Source: Azolla caroliniana (lineage: Eukaryota; Plantae; Polypodiophyta). Taken from it: a stretch of 64,000 nt of DNA. How positions within the stretch are numbered: the first letter of the stretch is position 1; every line of letters begins with the position of its first letter. The stretch is taken from contig JBHGNT010000018.1 of the NCBI GenBank assembly GCA_043228905.1, positions 11,532,001 to 11,596,000 on the forward strand, written 5' to 3'. Below the pieces are notes generated by a model, which saw nothing but the letters and a program-made list of their open reading frames with translations, made no database searches and was not told where the DNA came from. The translations under genes were made by a program, and so were the position numbers. This document shows, one piece after another, positions 1 to 12,764 of the stretch.

Positions 1-2318
1 TATGACTCCCCCTGCATATGTCATGACGTATCCAGATGTAGATCGGCTGGTATCTACATCAACCGACATGTCTGAATCAATGAAGCCTTCTAGTTGGGGT
101 TTTCCGGAGCCGAATCGGAGGCACATGTTCGAGTTGCCTTTCAAGTACCCGAGTATCCACTTGACCGTGGTCCAATGTTCTCTTCCCGGATTTCTCATGA
201 GCCGGCTAACCACTCTGACTGCATATTTGATATCCTGTCGGGTATAAACCATTGCGTATATCAAACTTCTGATAGCAAAGGCATATGGTACATTCATCAT
301 CTCCGACTTTTCCGTCTTTGTGTCTCGGACAACTTGCAATTTGTCAGAAGTGTTGACCAGACTAGCTTCACATCCAACATGTTGAACCTTTGAAGCACCT
401 TTGTCACGTATTGTTCCTATGACAACCACAACTGCTTCTTCGACCGGTTCCGGATTATGTGCATCCCCAAAATCTATCTCGTTGGACCCATATCTTTCAT
501 TGCAAATGACTATATCAAGGCCTTCTTTAGCATTCCAATTTTGATATGGTCCCATCCTATGATCAACATGTCGTCCACATACAGTAGTAGTACTAGGAAG
601 TCTCCTCCGTCAAACTTCTTCACAAATACGCAATGGTCGGTCTGTGTCTTGTGGTATCCTTGGTCAGTCATGAAGGAATTGAACTTCCGGTACCATTTCA
701 AGGGAGCTTGCTTTAGTCCATATAAGCTCTTCTTCAATTAGCACACCAGGTGCTCCTTCCCTTTCTTTACAAATCCCTCTGGTTGTTGCATGCAGATCTC
801 TTCTTCGAGGTCACAGTGCAGGAACATCGTCTTGACATCTAATTGCTCGACCTCGAGGTCCATGCTTGCCGCAATGCTCAACACAGTCCAGATGGATGTC
901 ATCTTTACTACCGGGGAAAATATCTCATCGAAATCCACTCCTATCTTCTGTTGGAAGCCCTTCACCAGAATGCGGGCCTTATACCTTGGTGGATTTCCGG
1001 CATCTCCCGGTTTCAACTTGTACACCCACTTGTTCCAAAGCGCTCTCTTTCCTTTCGACGGCTTTGTCAGTTCATATGTGTGGTTCTCATGCAAGGAATC
1101 CATCTCATCCTGCATGGCACTTAACCACTTGCGGTTGTGGGTGTCTTTCTTTGCTTCTTCGAAGCTTTCCAGCTCCCCTTTGTCGGCCAATAAAACATGC
1201 TCTCCATCTGAAAATCTTCACGGGGGCTTTCTCTCTCTAAGGGGATATCTTTGTCCTTGGTTTTCGACCACCAGCTCCTCCGTCTATTCTTCATCCGAAT
1301 CCGATTCGGGGTCTTTTCCAGTTTCGGTGTTTGATTCTTATTCGGTCGTTCAGTTCTTTGTCTGATTCGGCCGGTTCATCATGGTATTCAACGGACATCT
1401 GGCTTCTAACCGGATGTGTCCTTGCATCCTCCAACCGATTTCTATCGGTCGACCCAGAGTCCACTGCCTTCTTCTCCAACTCCCAGTCGGCAATGCTTGT
1501 CTTCCTTGAAGACTATGTCTCGATTCCAGAGGACCTTTTTGTCGACCAAGTCCCACACTCGGTAGCCGAACTCATCATCACCGTATCCAAGGAATATGCA
1601 TGGCCAGGACTTCGGATCCAATTTTTGTCATCTTCTCCTTTGCTACATGCACGTAGGCAAGACACCCAAACACCTTTAGATGCCGGTAGGACACGTCTTT
1701 GCCGGTCCATACTTCCTACGGTGTGTCTCCTTCCAAGGGTGCTAAGGGTGATCTGTTTATCACATACGTCACTGTCATTGGCGCCACAACCCAAAACGTC
1801 TTGGGCAACTTTGCATGTGCCAACATGCTCCGGACTCTCTCCATCACAATCTGGTTCATTCTTTCGGCCAATCCGTTCAACTCCAGCGTCTTCGAGCCGG
1901 ATTCCCTTTGACCAACAATACTCCTCGAACTGCCCCCGGTATTCTCCTCCATTGTCCGCTCCAACCACCTTTAGCTTCCGACTAGTTTCTCTTTCGACTC
2001 TCACATGGAATTCCTTGAAGACAGATAATACTTGGTCCTTTGTCTTCAATGGTGAGACCCACAACTTCTGGTTGTGGTCATCTATGAACGGCATGAAGTA
2101 TTGTGATCCGACATGTGACTTCTTGTCCACTAGGCATACATCGGTATGCAGAAGCTCTAGCGGTGCATTCCGTCTCATAAGTGGTCTTGTCCGGAAAGAG
2201 GTTCGGTTTTGTGTGTCAGCTAAACAATCGGTGCACTTCTCAAGCTGCACTTCTTTCACCTCTGGAATGAGGTTATCTTCAGCAAGTTTATGCATCCCTT
2301 TCTCGCTCATGTGGCATA
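1..2318 (-). mobile_element. Decayed Ty1/Copia (family A, Tnt1/Tork-like) pol: GAG-pre-integrase, integrase, RT, start of RNase H
   Basis: ORF fragments (ELLHTDVC, ELNGLAERMN, RYKARILVKGFQQ, LLLYVDDML) are collinear with the intact polyprotein at 55654-59727; many stops and frameshifts. Confidence 0.95.
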
Positions 2319-2869
2319 GGATAAAAGCATGCGAGTGGAAACACTATTATAGCTAATTAGCTACTAAAATGGCCATAGCTAATTAGCTATTTGTTTAGCT
2401 AGTCTTTTTTGTGGGAAAATCAAATATTTGAAAAACTAATTTATGAAAAAACTCAAATATTTGAACTTTTGTTTCAGACGTAGTGGAACTTGGGGAATAG
2501 CACCATCATCTAAGGTCGACTTCAATGTCATCAATTTCCTGTTTAGCCTAAGTTTGATTTTGAACGCAGATGGAGTACTCAGAGCACGAATGTAGACGTA
2601 CCTCCCGCAGCAGTAGAAAATCAACATTGCAGATTGAGAGCTACAACACAGAACCCGCTTGATCATCGTCCAAGTATGTTTCAGTTACAGAAACCCCAAA
2701 CATTTGTTTTTTCTTTTTGACTACTGTGTGAACTTTGGTGCCGATTCATATTTCCCCAAAATCGAATAGGGCGAAGTCCTTGGAGTCCCATACAAGGATG
2801 TCTCGCAGATCGGGGAGTAGCAGCAGGTTGTTTATATTACTTTTTTTGTGTTTAATCCTGTCTTTAGTG

Positions 2870-3370
2870 ATGATTGGGGTTTCTGATTGAAATTTCTGAT
2901 TAGGGTTTTTGTTTATAAATTTCTGATTAGAATTTCTGATTAGGGTTTGTGATTATAAATTTCTGATTAGAATTTCTGAATAGGGTTTCTGGTTACAAAT
3001 TTTGATTACAGATTAGAATTTCTTATTAGAATTTTTGAATAGGGTTTTTGTTTATAAATTTCTATTTAGAATTTCTAATTAGGGTTTGTGATTGAAATTT
3101 CTGATTAGGGTTTTTTATTATAAATTTCTTATTAGAATTTCTGAATAGGGTTTCTGGTTACAAACTGCTGATTACAGATTTTGATTAGGGTTTCTGATTT
3201 CAAACTTCTGATTACAGATTTTGATTAGGGTTTCTGATTTCAAATTTCTGAATACAAATTATGATTAGGGTTTCTGATTTGCTAAGTTAAAGATTTTGCA
3301 CTATTTTTGTTGTTGTTGATTGGGGTTTCTGATTCTGACATATTTTGATTTTGCACTATTTCTGATTTCT
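2870..3370 (+). repeat. Telo-box (TAGGGTTT)-containing minisatellite in a putative 5'-UTR intron
   Basis: Repeated gattagggtttctgatt-like units between cag|GT (~2826) and tttcAG|ATG (3385/3386). Confidence 0.8.
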
Positions 3371-3385
3371 GAAATGATATTTCAG

Positions 3386-4712
3386 ATGGCTCGTTCCTCC
3401 GTATCCGAGAGTGCTAAACTTCACAAAATTTTGCGAGACAAAGGAGGACTTCCACAACACCTATGGTCTGTCACTCGAGGGTGTTGACCCTGCTGTCCTA
3501 AGTGATAAATTGATCAGTGATGTAGACTGGATGACAGTATATACAGTGCCTAGAGTCAAAGGCAAGGTCAAGCTGAAGCATGTACGAGCCGACTTGTACG
3601 ATGACTGCATGAGGCTGCACCAGAAAGTTCATCAGGAGATCCCAGTCAACAATGAGTTGTCAATTTCATTTGCTAGAGCATTTGCATATGAGTACTGCAA
3701 AACAACGAAGGAATCCAGAGACCCTAAAATGTATAGGGTAGCTTGGGCAATCTATGGTGAGGCATCGATAAAAAGATGCCAAAAGATGGGGACCTTGGCA
3801 CAAAAAATAGACAGATTTTGGAGCATGGCAGTTGTTGATGCAACTGCCGACTCCTAGCAAAACCGGGGGCATACACCACACCGACACCCAAGGAAAGCCA
3901 ATGTCGATGATACAGGTGAGACATTGGTTAGCTATATGCTAAAAAATGTCCATGAAGCCTATGAGACATTGGCATTTTTTAAGACTGATTTAGAGAAAGC
4001 CACAATGGCTTCTGCAATGGAGAGCAAAGTTACTTCCGTTGTTACAACGATTAGAAATAAGATTCAGGTAACTATTGTTTTGCTGGTATGTGATTGTGTT
4101 ATAAATAACTTTAAGGGTAAAATGTGCTAATCAAGCATTATCTGGAATAGGTTGTGCAACAGGAGCTTGAATTAGAGGGGCCACTAGATCCCCAACGTAA
4201 AATACAATTGCAAATAGAGATCCAGGTTCTTTCAATGAACCTGGACCTTCTAGGTGTAAATATTGTTGCAGATTACAATTTGGAAAAGCTTCAAGTAAGT
4301 TAATTATTCCTGAGCAAAGTTGGTGTATCTTTCTCAAACAGGAATAATTAATCGGTAAATTTCTCTGCTGCGTTGAAGGAACAATACATTCATCAAGAAC
4401 AGGTAGTTAGCTGCCTTAAGAAGCAGCTACATTTCGTGGAGGGAATGGTAAGGACCAGATAGGATTTGGACCTGAACATTCTTGCTCCCTTACCAAATGC
4501 AGGAGAACCAGAAAATGATTTATTGACAGTTCAAGCACGTTGCATCGCTTGCGGGTTAGGTGTGGAGGACAAAACTGCGTCTTTGTTGGTTCACCTACAA
4601 CCATGCAACCACACATACCATCTGCTTTGTTTTCAACATGCCTGTCGAATTGCTGCATTCTGTTTGGGAGATTGCAATACAACTCTACCAAATGAGTGGA
4701 GAAAACTAACAG
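3386..4712 (+). pseudogene. Transposon accessory gene: unknown N-terminal domain, helical linker, C-terminal RING-H2 finger
   Basis: ATG 3386 with a frameshift into the 3411 frame, which continues past one TAG to a donor at 4067/4068. Acceptor at 4162; exon 2 is in frame with ORF 4466-4732 (a few stops). RING pattern C-x2-C-x17-C-x-H-x2-H-x2-C-x10-C-x3-C at 4541-4675. Confidence 0.75.
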
Positions 4713-4724
4713 GTATACCATACT

Positions 4725-5448
4725 GTAGCTAATAAGCTTAGTCTTTTCTAATTAGCTAAGCCGTAAAAAGTATGGAAACTATTTTGTTGCTATCGTTGTA
4801 GTTGATTAGCTACTACCATAGTTGATTAAAGCAGCTAATAGCTATCCTATTAGCTAATTTGCTACTGCCATAGTTTACTACTGGCAGCTAATTAGCTAAG
4901 TGGCAGCTAGTTAGCTACTAGCTAATTAGCTATCCTACTGGCAGCTAATTAGCTATCCTAGTAGCTAATAAGCTATCCTAGCTACTCATAGCTAATTAGC
5001 TAGTACCATAGTTGTGTAAAGTAGCTAATTAGCTATCCTCCTAGCTAGCTAATTAGCTACTGGCAGCTAATGAGCTACTAGATAATTAGCTATCCTAGTA
5101 GCTAATTAGCTATGGTACTAGCTAATTCTCTAGTGCCATAGTTGTGTAAAAAAGCTAATTAGCTATCCCAGTAGCTAATTAGCTACTGGCAGCCAATTAG
5201 CTATCCTAGTAGCTAATAAGCTATCCTAGCTACTACATAGTTGAGAAAGTAGCTAATTAGCTATCATTGTAGCTAATTAGCTATCCTACTAGCTAATTAG
5301 CTACTGCCATAGTTGTGTAAAGTAGCTAATTAGCTACTGCCATAGTTGTGTAAAGTAGCTAATTAGCTATCCTAGTAGCTAATAAGCTATCCTAGCTACT
5401 ACATAGTTGAGAAAGTAGCTAATTAGCTATCATTGTAGCTAATTAGCT
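4725..5448. repeat. Palindromic TAGCTAATTAGCTA satellite array (left part of a putative intron split by the Gypsy)
   Basis: Dozens of copies of the 14-bp palindrome with short spacers. Confidence 0.95.
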
Positions 5449-5976
5449 TACTTTAGTACTTACATCTATAATATTTGGTCAATGTGGAAGTATTCCTTCA
5501 AGGATGTGGTGGTGTCTGTTCCAGACTCAACTCTTGCCCAGTATTTTGCGAAATAACTGTCATCAGGATACTTTCCTCGAAGGTGATCATAAAGATCTAA
5601 TGATATTTCAGTGAAGCTAAGCGTGTTAACTTCACGGATGCGACTTAGTGCATCAGCGACAATGTTCATGGAACCTTTACGATATCGTATGGAAAAATCA
5701 AAGTCCTGGATGAGATCAGCCCATCGTGCCTTACGACCTTTCAGGTCTTGTTGGTCACAAAAATATTTCAAGGACTCATGGTCCGTAGTTACCACAAAGT
5801 GATTTCCATAAAGATAATGGCGCCATGTTTTGAGCGCATGTATAACTGCAAATAATTCCTTTTCTTGAACGGTATACCGACATTGAGCAGAATCAAGTTT
5901 CTTACTCTCGAACGCTATTGGTTTACCATCTTGATATAAGACATCACCTATAGCATAATCGCTCGCATCGGTTTCA

Positions 5977-6236
5977 ACCTCAAAAGGTTTTGAAGGATCA
6001 GGTAAAAGAAGTGAAGGAGCCTTGCAAACTAGGTCCTTGAGTTCCTTAAAGGCGAGGTCTAGTGTACCATTCCACACAATAGGTTTTGTAGACTTACGTG
6101 TTTGACCTCAAAAGGTTTTGAAGGATCAGGTAAAAGAAGTGAAGGAGCCTTGCAAACTAGGTCCTTGAGTTCCTTAAAGGCGAGGTCTAGTGTACCATTC
6201 CACACAATAGGTTTTGTAGACTTACGTGTTTGACCT
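5977..6236. repeat. 128-bp tandem duplication in Gypsy pol
   Basis: Identical copies at 5977-6104 and 6105-6232, bounded by ACCT microhomology. Confidence 0.95.
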
Positions 6237-9200
6237 TTTAAAAGATCAGTAAACGGCGTCGTCAATTGGGAGTAATTACGAAGAGACTTTCGCAAAAACC
6301 CGACAAAACCAAGGAATGATCGAACTTCTCGAATATTCCGAAGAGTGGGCCAAAGCTTGATTTTCTCAATGTGAGAAGGATCAATTTCAACTCCTCATTC
6401 GGTTATGAGATGTCCTAGATAAGTAATTGATTTCTTGAAGAACTCACATTTTGAGATCTTTGCATAAAACTGTTTGTCACGCAATGTTTGTAAAACAAAG
6501 CGGACATGTCTAGCATGTTCTTGTAATGTACAACTATAAACTAAAATATCATCCAAGAAAATAACGACAAATTTTCCAAGTTGTTCTCGGAAAATGTCAT
6601 TAATTTCTTTTTGAAAAGTAGCCGGAGCATTGGTCAAACCAAAAGGCATAACCAAAAACTCGTAATGGCCATAGCGCGTACGAAATGCCGTTTTAGGAAC
6701 ATCGTCCTCACTTATTCGTATTTGATGGTAACCAGTACGGAGATCAAGTTTCGTAAAATACCGAGCTCCTTGGAGACGGTCAATTAGATCGTCAGCCCGG
6801 GGCAATGGGTACGAATTCTTGATCGTCACTTTATTCAAGCGTCGGTAATTAATACACATACGCCATGTGCCCTCTTTCTTTTTAACCAAGAGAATTGGTG
6901 CACCCCATGGAGATTTACTATAACGTATATAACCCATTCGTAAATAGTCCTTGAGTTGCTTAGATACCTCATCTTCTTCGGATCAACTTAAGCGATATGG
7001 AGGTATACTTATTGGTGCAACACCAAGTACAATATCTATACGATGGTCTATATTACGTTTAGGAGGTAACCCATCAAGTAGTTCACTTGGAAAAACATCA
7101 TGAAAATCATTTAAGATTTCATCAAGTTGTTGTTCAAAATATGATAATTGAACCAGGACATTATCGATATTGTAAACGTGAATGTCCGGATCAAGTACAC
7201 AATAAAATAACGTAGAACAAGACAACTCGGATATTGATGGACACGAGGAAACAATCGAGAGGGATTGTTTTTTTACACATTGAATAAATTGCGTACAATC
7301 GTTCAATACAAAAGAAATGGAATGGTGAACCCAATCAATAAATAAAGAAGAGTTTTTATTATAAAACCAGGGATAACCCAGTATTACATCAGTGGTACAA
7401 AGATTCATTACATGGAAGTCTACTTCCTTTATATAAGTATCAATAGAAATTCCTAATGAATGAATCGCCCCGTTGATGTATTGTACTCTTCCATCAGCCA
7501 AGTGCACCGTGTAGGTGTGATCACTTACGGTGGGTTGGATTCCCCATATCTGAACCAAATGATCATTCACAAAATTGTGTGAGCTTCCCGAATCAAATAA
7601 AAATTGTATGGGAGATCCATTGATATACCCGTTTGCTCGTAGTAAATCATTGGGACTCAATACATAGTGAGGGAAAGAACATTGACAATTACTTAAATGA
7701 TGTGTATAGACCTGAAGGACATTAGGAATCTGACCTTTATGGTCTGCAGCTTTAGCTTTGTTGTCGTGCTCTTTCCGTTGGAGCTTTCGACATTGATCTT
7801 TTGTATGACCCTTCTTTTTGCAGAATACACAAAAAGGATGTTGTCGCTTACAATCGCTATCCAGGAATTCGTTGGGTGTCTTGCGTTTCCCAACAAATTG
7901 CGACTGCTTAGTCCCGGGCGCTTCGTTGGGTTTGTTATGGTCCTTCTTCGAAGTGCGTTGATAGCGAAGAACTATTTCAACGGCCTCTTCGAAGGATTTT
8001 GGATCCTTATTGTGCACTATCCAGTGATAGTCCGAATTGGGGATGCCATTGACAAAACAAGCTATCAACCAATTGTCCCCTTCTAGACCCGATTTTTGGA
8101 TTTGGGTTCTAGCATGGTGAACATAGTCTTCTAGCGAGGAAAATTTCCTGCTAGAGAGGTTCATTAAAGCTTGTGCTGCCTCGGTTCAAGAGGGAGGTTG
8201 CAGAAATTGGCCCTTAAAAACCGTGACAAAATCTGTCCAGGTATCGGGCAATTTCCCCATAGTACGGAGCCCACGCCAACAGGCGGCGGCCTTACCCCCG
8301 AGTTCTCGGCCGACATATGCAATCTTCGTACTATCTGGCGTGGGATAGAGCTCAAAATGAGACTCCCATCGTCCCATCCATGTGCAGATTGCTTCTTCGG
8401 TTCTTTCCTTTTTGTCTCCCGTAAATGGCTTAACGACAAATGATGGTTCACCTTGTCGCTCATCAGGTCTATTAGTCTCACGTTGTAGACTAATGACACG
8501 TGCCTCGAGAGCACTTTGAGATTGCCGAAGTTCGGTCATCTGTTGAGCGGTGAAACTAAGGTATTGGGTTATTTGTGCCAAATACATCTCAGTGGACATT
8601 TGTCTAGGAGGATTCCCTTGAGTTCCTTCCTCTTGAGCGGATGACATCGGGTCGTTAATTTGAGCCATTAAAGATTATTTCTGGAAAAGAAATAGGACAA
8701 GGTCAGAAATATAGTCATAACATTATGTCGTGATGTAAACATATCATGGGCGAGCATTAATCGATATCATTATCTCACGTCAATACCCCTCTAGACGTAT
8801 GAGATGAGGTTCAAGATCAGGTTACTATGGTAACACAAAGGTGTTTTAAAAACCATGGGGGTGACAAATAAATGTCTTTCCCTGATCTCTATATCGATTT
8901 TTTCATGGTGGCTCCCCGAGGCTCAACCATGTATGTTCGCGTCATGAATTGTTTATACATGAAAAAAATGTTAATAATAAACTATGTTTCGGTGCCCACA
9001 TATGTGGTTTCGGCTCTTTAAGTCCTATTACGAGGACCCCGAGGTGCACTTAGACCTTAAGTCTAAACATGTGTTATAGTCATATGTATCAAGGACGTTG
9101 TATGCATAGTCTTGGTCATATTTGAACTCGAGACCTCGAGAACAAATACATTAAACACTTGAGGCAACCAAGTAAGTTGCTCTTCTCGAATGCTTAATGT

Positions 9201-10360
9201 TTGATGCGTATAAGAGATATGCGAGGCAATTGATCATATATGTTTTTTTTTTTTAAAAGAACATATATGTCAAGGGTCCTTATTTCGCCCTCATTTACCA
9301 AAACTATGTTGGTACGTTACCTAACCTCAAGTCTCGTAATTACGATGGCATACGCCAAACTGCAACCTAATGGTCAAGCCAAATGAGCCCTCGTTTCGTA
9401 GTAGGCTCATGTGGGCCATCACATGGTCACGCCATTACGAATGCCTCTCGTAAGAACGAGCTCATGGTGGCATCGTATCCATGTAACGAGGGAGGGATGT
9501 TGGATACGTGCGTCATTGGAGCGACCTCACTTGAAGTGGGTCAAGCCCTACGTACTTAACATCATTTTGGCTATTGGCGTTTCTTTACGTAACGAAATCG
9601 AGGTCGTCAACGGGGTTATCAACAATAAAACAATGTTGAAAAAGGGATGGTGACAACGCCATTCTCACAAAAATGTGAGGACGGCCACCAACATCCTTTT
9701 CCCGACAAGGACAACTTTCGATATAATCACGTAATAACGAATATACACATATGTTCACTTATCACATATATACGATCAAATACGTATATATGTGACCACA
9801 TATGCCTATATTAAACATATCGTTATATTAAATAGCCACAAATGATGTGATCGAGATACGTAATCGAGGTATATACCTCTACGCACACGAAACATCCACA
9901 AATAAGAGATCATCGTAATACGCAATTGAGGTATTGACCTCTTACGCATACGAGACCAACCGCATATCGTTTACTACAAATCAACAACTCATACGCAAAC
10001 ATAACATATGTTCGTGAACGTAATACGTAATTGAGGTATTAACCTCGTACGCATACGACACTCATCACATATTATTAATATGTCAAACGAGGTATTGACC
10101 TCGTGCACATATGTAAACGTTTTAGATAATCAATTAAAGACCACTACAACATTATTGACTTAATGAAAAACAAATGACATATAAACTAAACACATGATTA
10201 GATGGGAGAAGAGAGAATAGAAAAAAAATTCTGGAAAGAGTTACCGAAGTTCTTTGTTGATCGTTGTCTAGATCAAGGCCGACCGCACAATGATCGATCA
10301 ACATCAATCAAAAGACAAATGAAAAACAAAGAAACATTAGTACATAAATCTGATACCAAA

Positions 10361-10815
10361 TATTATAGATCTAAATATTAAAGTAAGCTTAAGATAAGGA
10401 TAAAGTAATAATAGATAGAAAGGAGAAAGAGAAAGAAGGGTGTCGATCCACCCGACGACCCCCGAGCGAAGGGATCGAGACGGACTCGAGCCTCGATCGA
10501 CGTCCCATACCACCGCCGTGGCGTCAAGTCGTACCTGGTGCTGGCGCGCTCGCTACAAGAGTTGACCCACCACACGAGCAGAGTCTCGATGTAGTCAAAA
10601 GATGATCAAATGAGGGTAGCTAGGCCTCTTATTTATAACGATACCCAAGGCCCCCAGGCAAGTTCACACTTGACCTAATGGGTTGTCTCAATCCCAAGGA
10701 TTAAAAGTAATCCTCCCCTTCTTTACACTCTCGTTTAACCCTCACACTTATCCACGTGTATAGAATACTACGGTAAATTCTCACCACGGGATATTATATG
10801 GTCATGCCCGTAACA
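10361..10815 (-). repeat. 5' LTR of the Met-primed Gypsy
   Basis: Starts TGTTACGGG on the minus strand, TATA-like box at ~10630, abuts the PBS. Confidence 0.85.
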
Positions 10816-11158
10816 CTAGCTACTACCATAGTTGAGTAAAGTAGCTAATTAGCTATCCTAGCTACTACCATAGTTAGTAAAGTAGCTAATTAGCTATCCT
10901 AGCTACTACCATAGTTGAGTAAAGTAGCGAATTAGCTATCCTAGCTATTACCATAGTTGAGTAAAGTAGCTAATTAGCTATTGTACTAGCTAATTAGCTA
11001 TCCTAGCTTCTACCATAGTAGAGTAAAGTAGCTAATTAGCTATCCTAGCTATTACCATAGTTGAGTAAAGTAGCTAATTAGCTATTGTACTAGCTAATTA
11101 GCTATCCTAGCTTCTACCATAGTTTAGTAAAGTAGCTAATTAGCTATCCTAAATAGCT
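10816..11158. repeat. TAGCTAATTAGCTA satellite (right part of the split array)
   Basis: ~36-bp higher-order units containing the palindrome, ending just before acceptor ttgtAG (11173). Confidence 0.95.
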
Positions 11159-11173
11159 GCCATGTTATTGTAG

Positions 11174-11709
11174 AATCTTGTGGATTAAGGACGGCACATG
11201 ACGTGTCTAGTGCTGATGACGTTGCAACAGATGAGGATATTGCTGCCAACATGGTTGAAAGTAAGAGTCCTGCTATCACATCTCCTTCACATCAGCTCCA
11301 CCCTATTCTTTTGGAACAGTGTACTGAATTAGGCAACGATGTGAAATGCCATGAAATAGTGGAAAGAACATGTAAAACTGAGGTTCACAACAACAGTGTT
11401 TATGAACACTTGATGCAACATTTCTTCGAATCTCAAGACCTTGATTCCACCCCACCGAGCCCAACTACTGAAAATGTCCAAACAGATCCCTCTGTACTTG
11501 AAAATCTAGTTCAAGAAACGGTTGATGTGCAATTAGCTGCTGAGACGATGGGAAGGTTGTTGGAGGAGGACACACTTGCGCATTGGGTGAAAGAAGCAAG
11601 GCTAAATGGGGAACCGACCAGATAAAGGCTGAAGAAGGGGCCACGATCGGGAACAAGACCAGTTACTCGGTCAAGGGGCCCAGACGTAGTGGAGCGAAAT
11701 ACTATTTAG
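11174..11709 (+). pseudogene. Acidic, low-complexity exon of a transposon accessory gene
   Basis: ORF 11203-11625 follows a 3' splice site; the frame continues past one TAA to TAG at 11709. Confidence 0.5.
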
Positions 11710-11958
11710 TTGGATATGATTGTTAGCTTAGGGATTTTGCTAGGGTTTTATGAAGTTTTACTATCCTGTTGGACAAGTAAAACCTTAGATTGGTTGTTGC
11801 TTGATCCACATTATGTAATGGAACTCTATGATGTTTTTCCAAGATAATTTGAAGAGTGTTGTTCTATGACTGAAACTCTTTGATGTTCAGGATGTTGTTT
11901 TCTGAGACTGTTAGTTACTTTGTGAGTGTGAATATGTTGGTGTTTTCTGATGTTGCAG

Positions 11959-12764
11959 AGTCTAAAGGGTTTGATTCTATTGCTCGTAAGGCCAATGGCA
12001 GTGTGGATACTGTTGATGTTGCGGCGTGTTTAAAGGGCCCCATCTTGAAAGTAGATGTAGCAACTAACACAAGTGATCTGGTCACACAAGTTGATCAAGC
12101 ATGTTGCACGGATGACTTGGTGTTGCAGGTAGATGCAGCATGTTGCACGGATGACTTGGGGTTGGAGGTAGATGCAGCATGTGATACCAGTGGACTGATA
12201 TCGAGCAGATCAGTAGCTACATGCACCGAGGTAATCCAAGGATTGATAACTAAGTCGACAAAACAAGAGCACCAGAATGTGAAGCCAGGCCCAACACAGT
12301 CGACTAGGGGTTTGAAGAGGAAAAGGACGCCAGTTGTGTCGGCCGAACCTGAGCTGATTGAGATTGATTGTGTCCTACCAGAAAATGGTGTAATAGCGGC
12401 TCAGTTTCAGGAATGGAAACCTAAACCACTAGAAGTTGAAAGAAGAGCCTTGATCTTGGAGCTTGATAAAGTCTTGATGAGTGTGAGATATATGCAGCCA
12501 AAGAGGGACACGAATGAGTTTCTAGAGTGGGTTGTGCAATACTTTGATTTGTTTATTTGGAGTGAAAAACCAAAATCAGATGTGTGAAAGTGTTTAGCAA
12601 GATTCTTCCCAAAATGGCGAAGTCGTTTTAAAGGTCAAAGGGCACGAGAAAATTGTGAGCAAATGGAAGCTGCAAGATTCAAGAGACTTTCTGATTTTTG
12701 GGCTACTTGGCCTGAATATAATGCCGACAACACATTGATTTTGGATACAGAACATTCCTCTTGA
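11959..12764 (+). pseudogene. Accessory exon ending in an FCP1/SCP (NIF, HAD-family) phosphatase-like domain with a degenerate catalytic motif
   Basis: RALILELDKVL...EFLEWVVQYFDLFIWS...(stop)...RENC...FKRLSDFWATWPEYNADNTLILDT follows the order of FCP1-homology motifs (LVLDLDxTL, EFL, F.v.vWS, KdL..vW, NTLLiDD). Confidence 0.7.

Larger units (their letters stand above)
5480..10815 (-). mobile_element. Ty3/Gypsy (chromovirus-like RT, Met-primed), 3'-truncated after RNase H
   Basis: 5' LTR 10361-10815, PBS tggtatcaga (10349-10358), ~1.7-kb leader, gag from 8668, CCHC (CVFCKKKGHTKDQC), protease LFDSGS, RT (FGLTNAP, FLDD) 6395-6937, RNase H (ETDASDYAIG); integrase core and 3' LTR are missing. Confidence 0.93.

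Noticed and set aside
2870-3370. True telomere or interstitial telomeric array
   Set aside because: Single TAGGGTTT motifs are embedded in longer units rather than tandem TTTAGGG.
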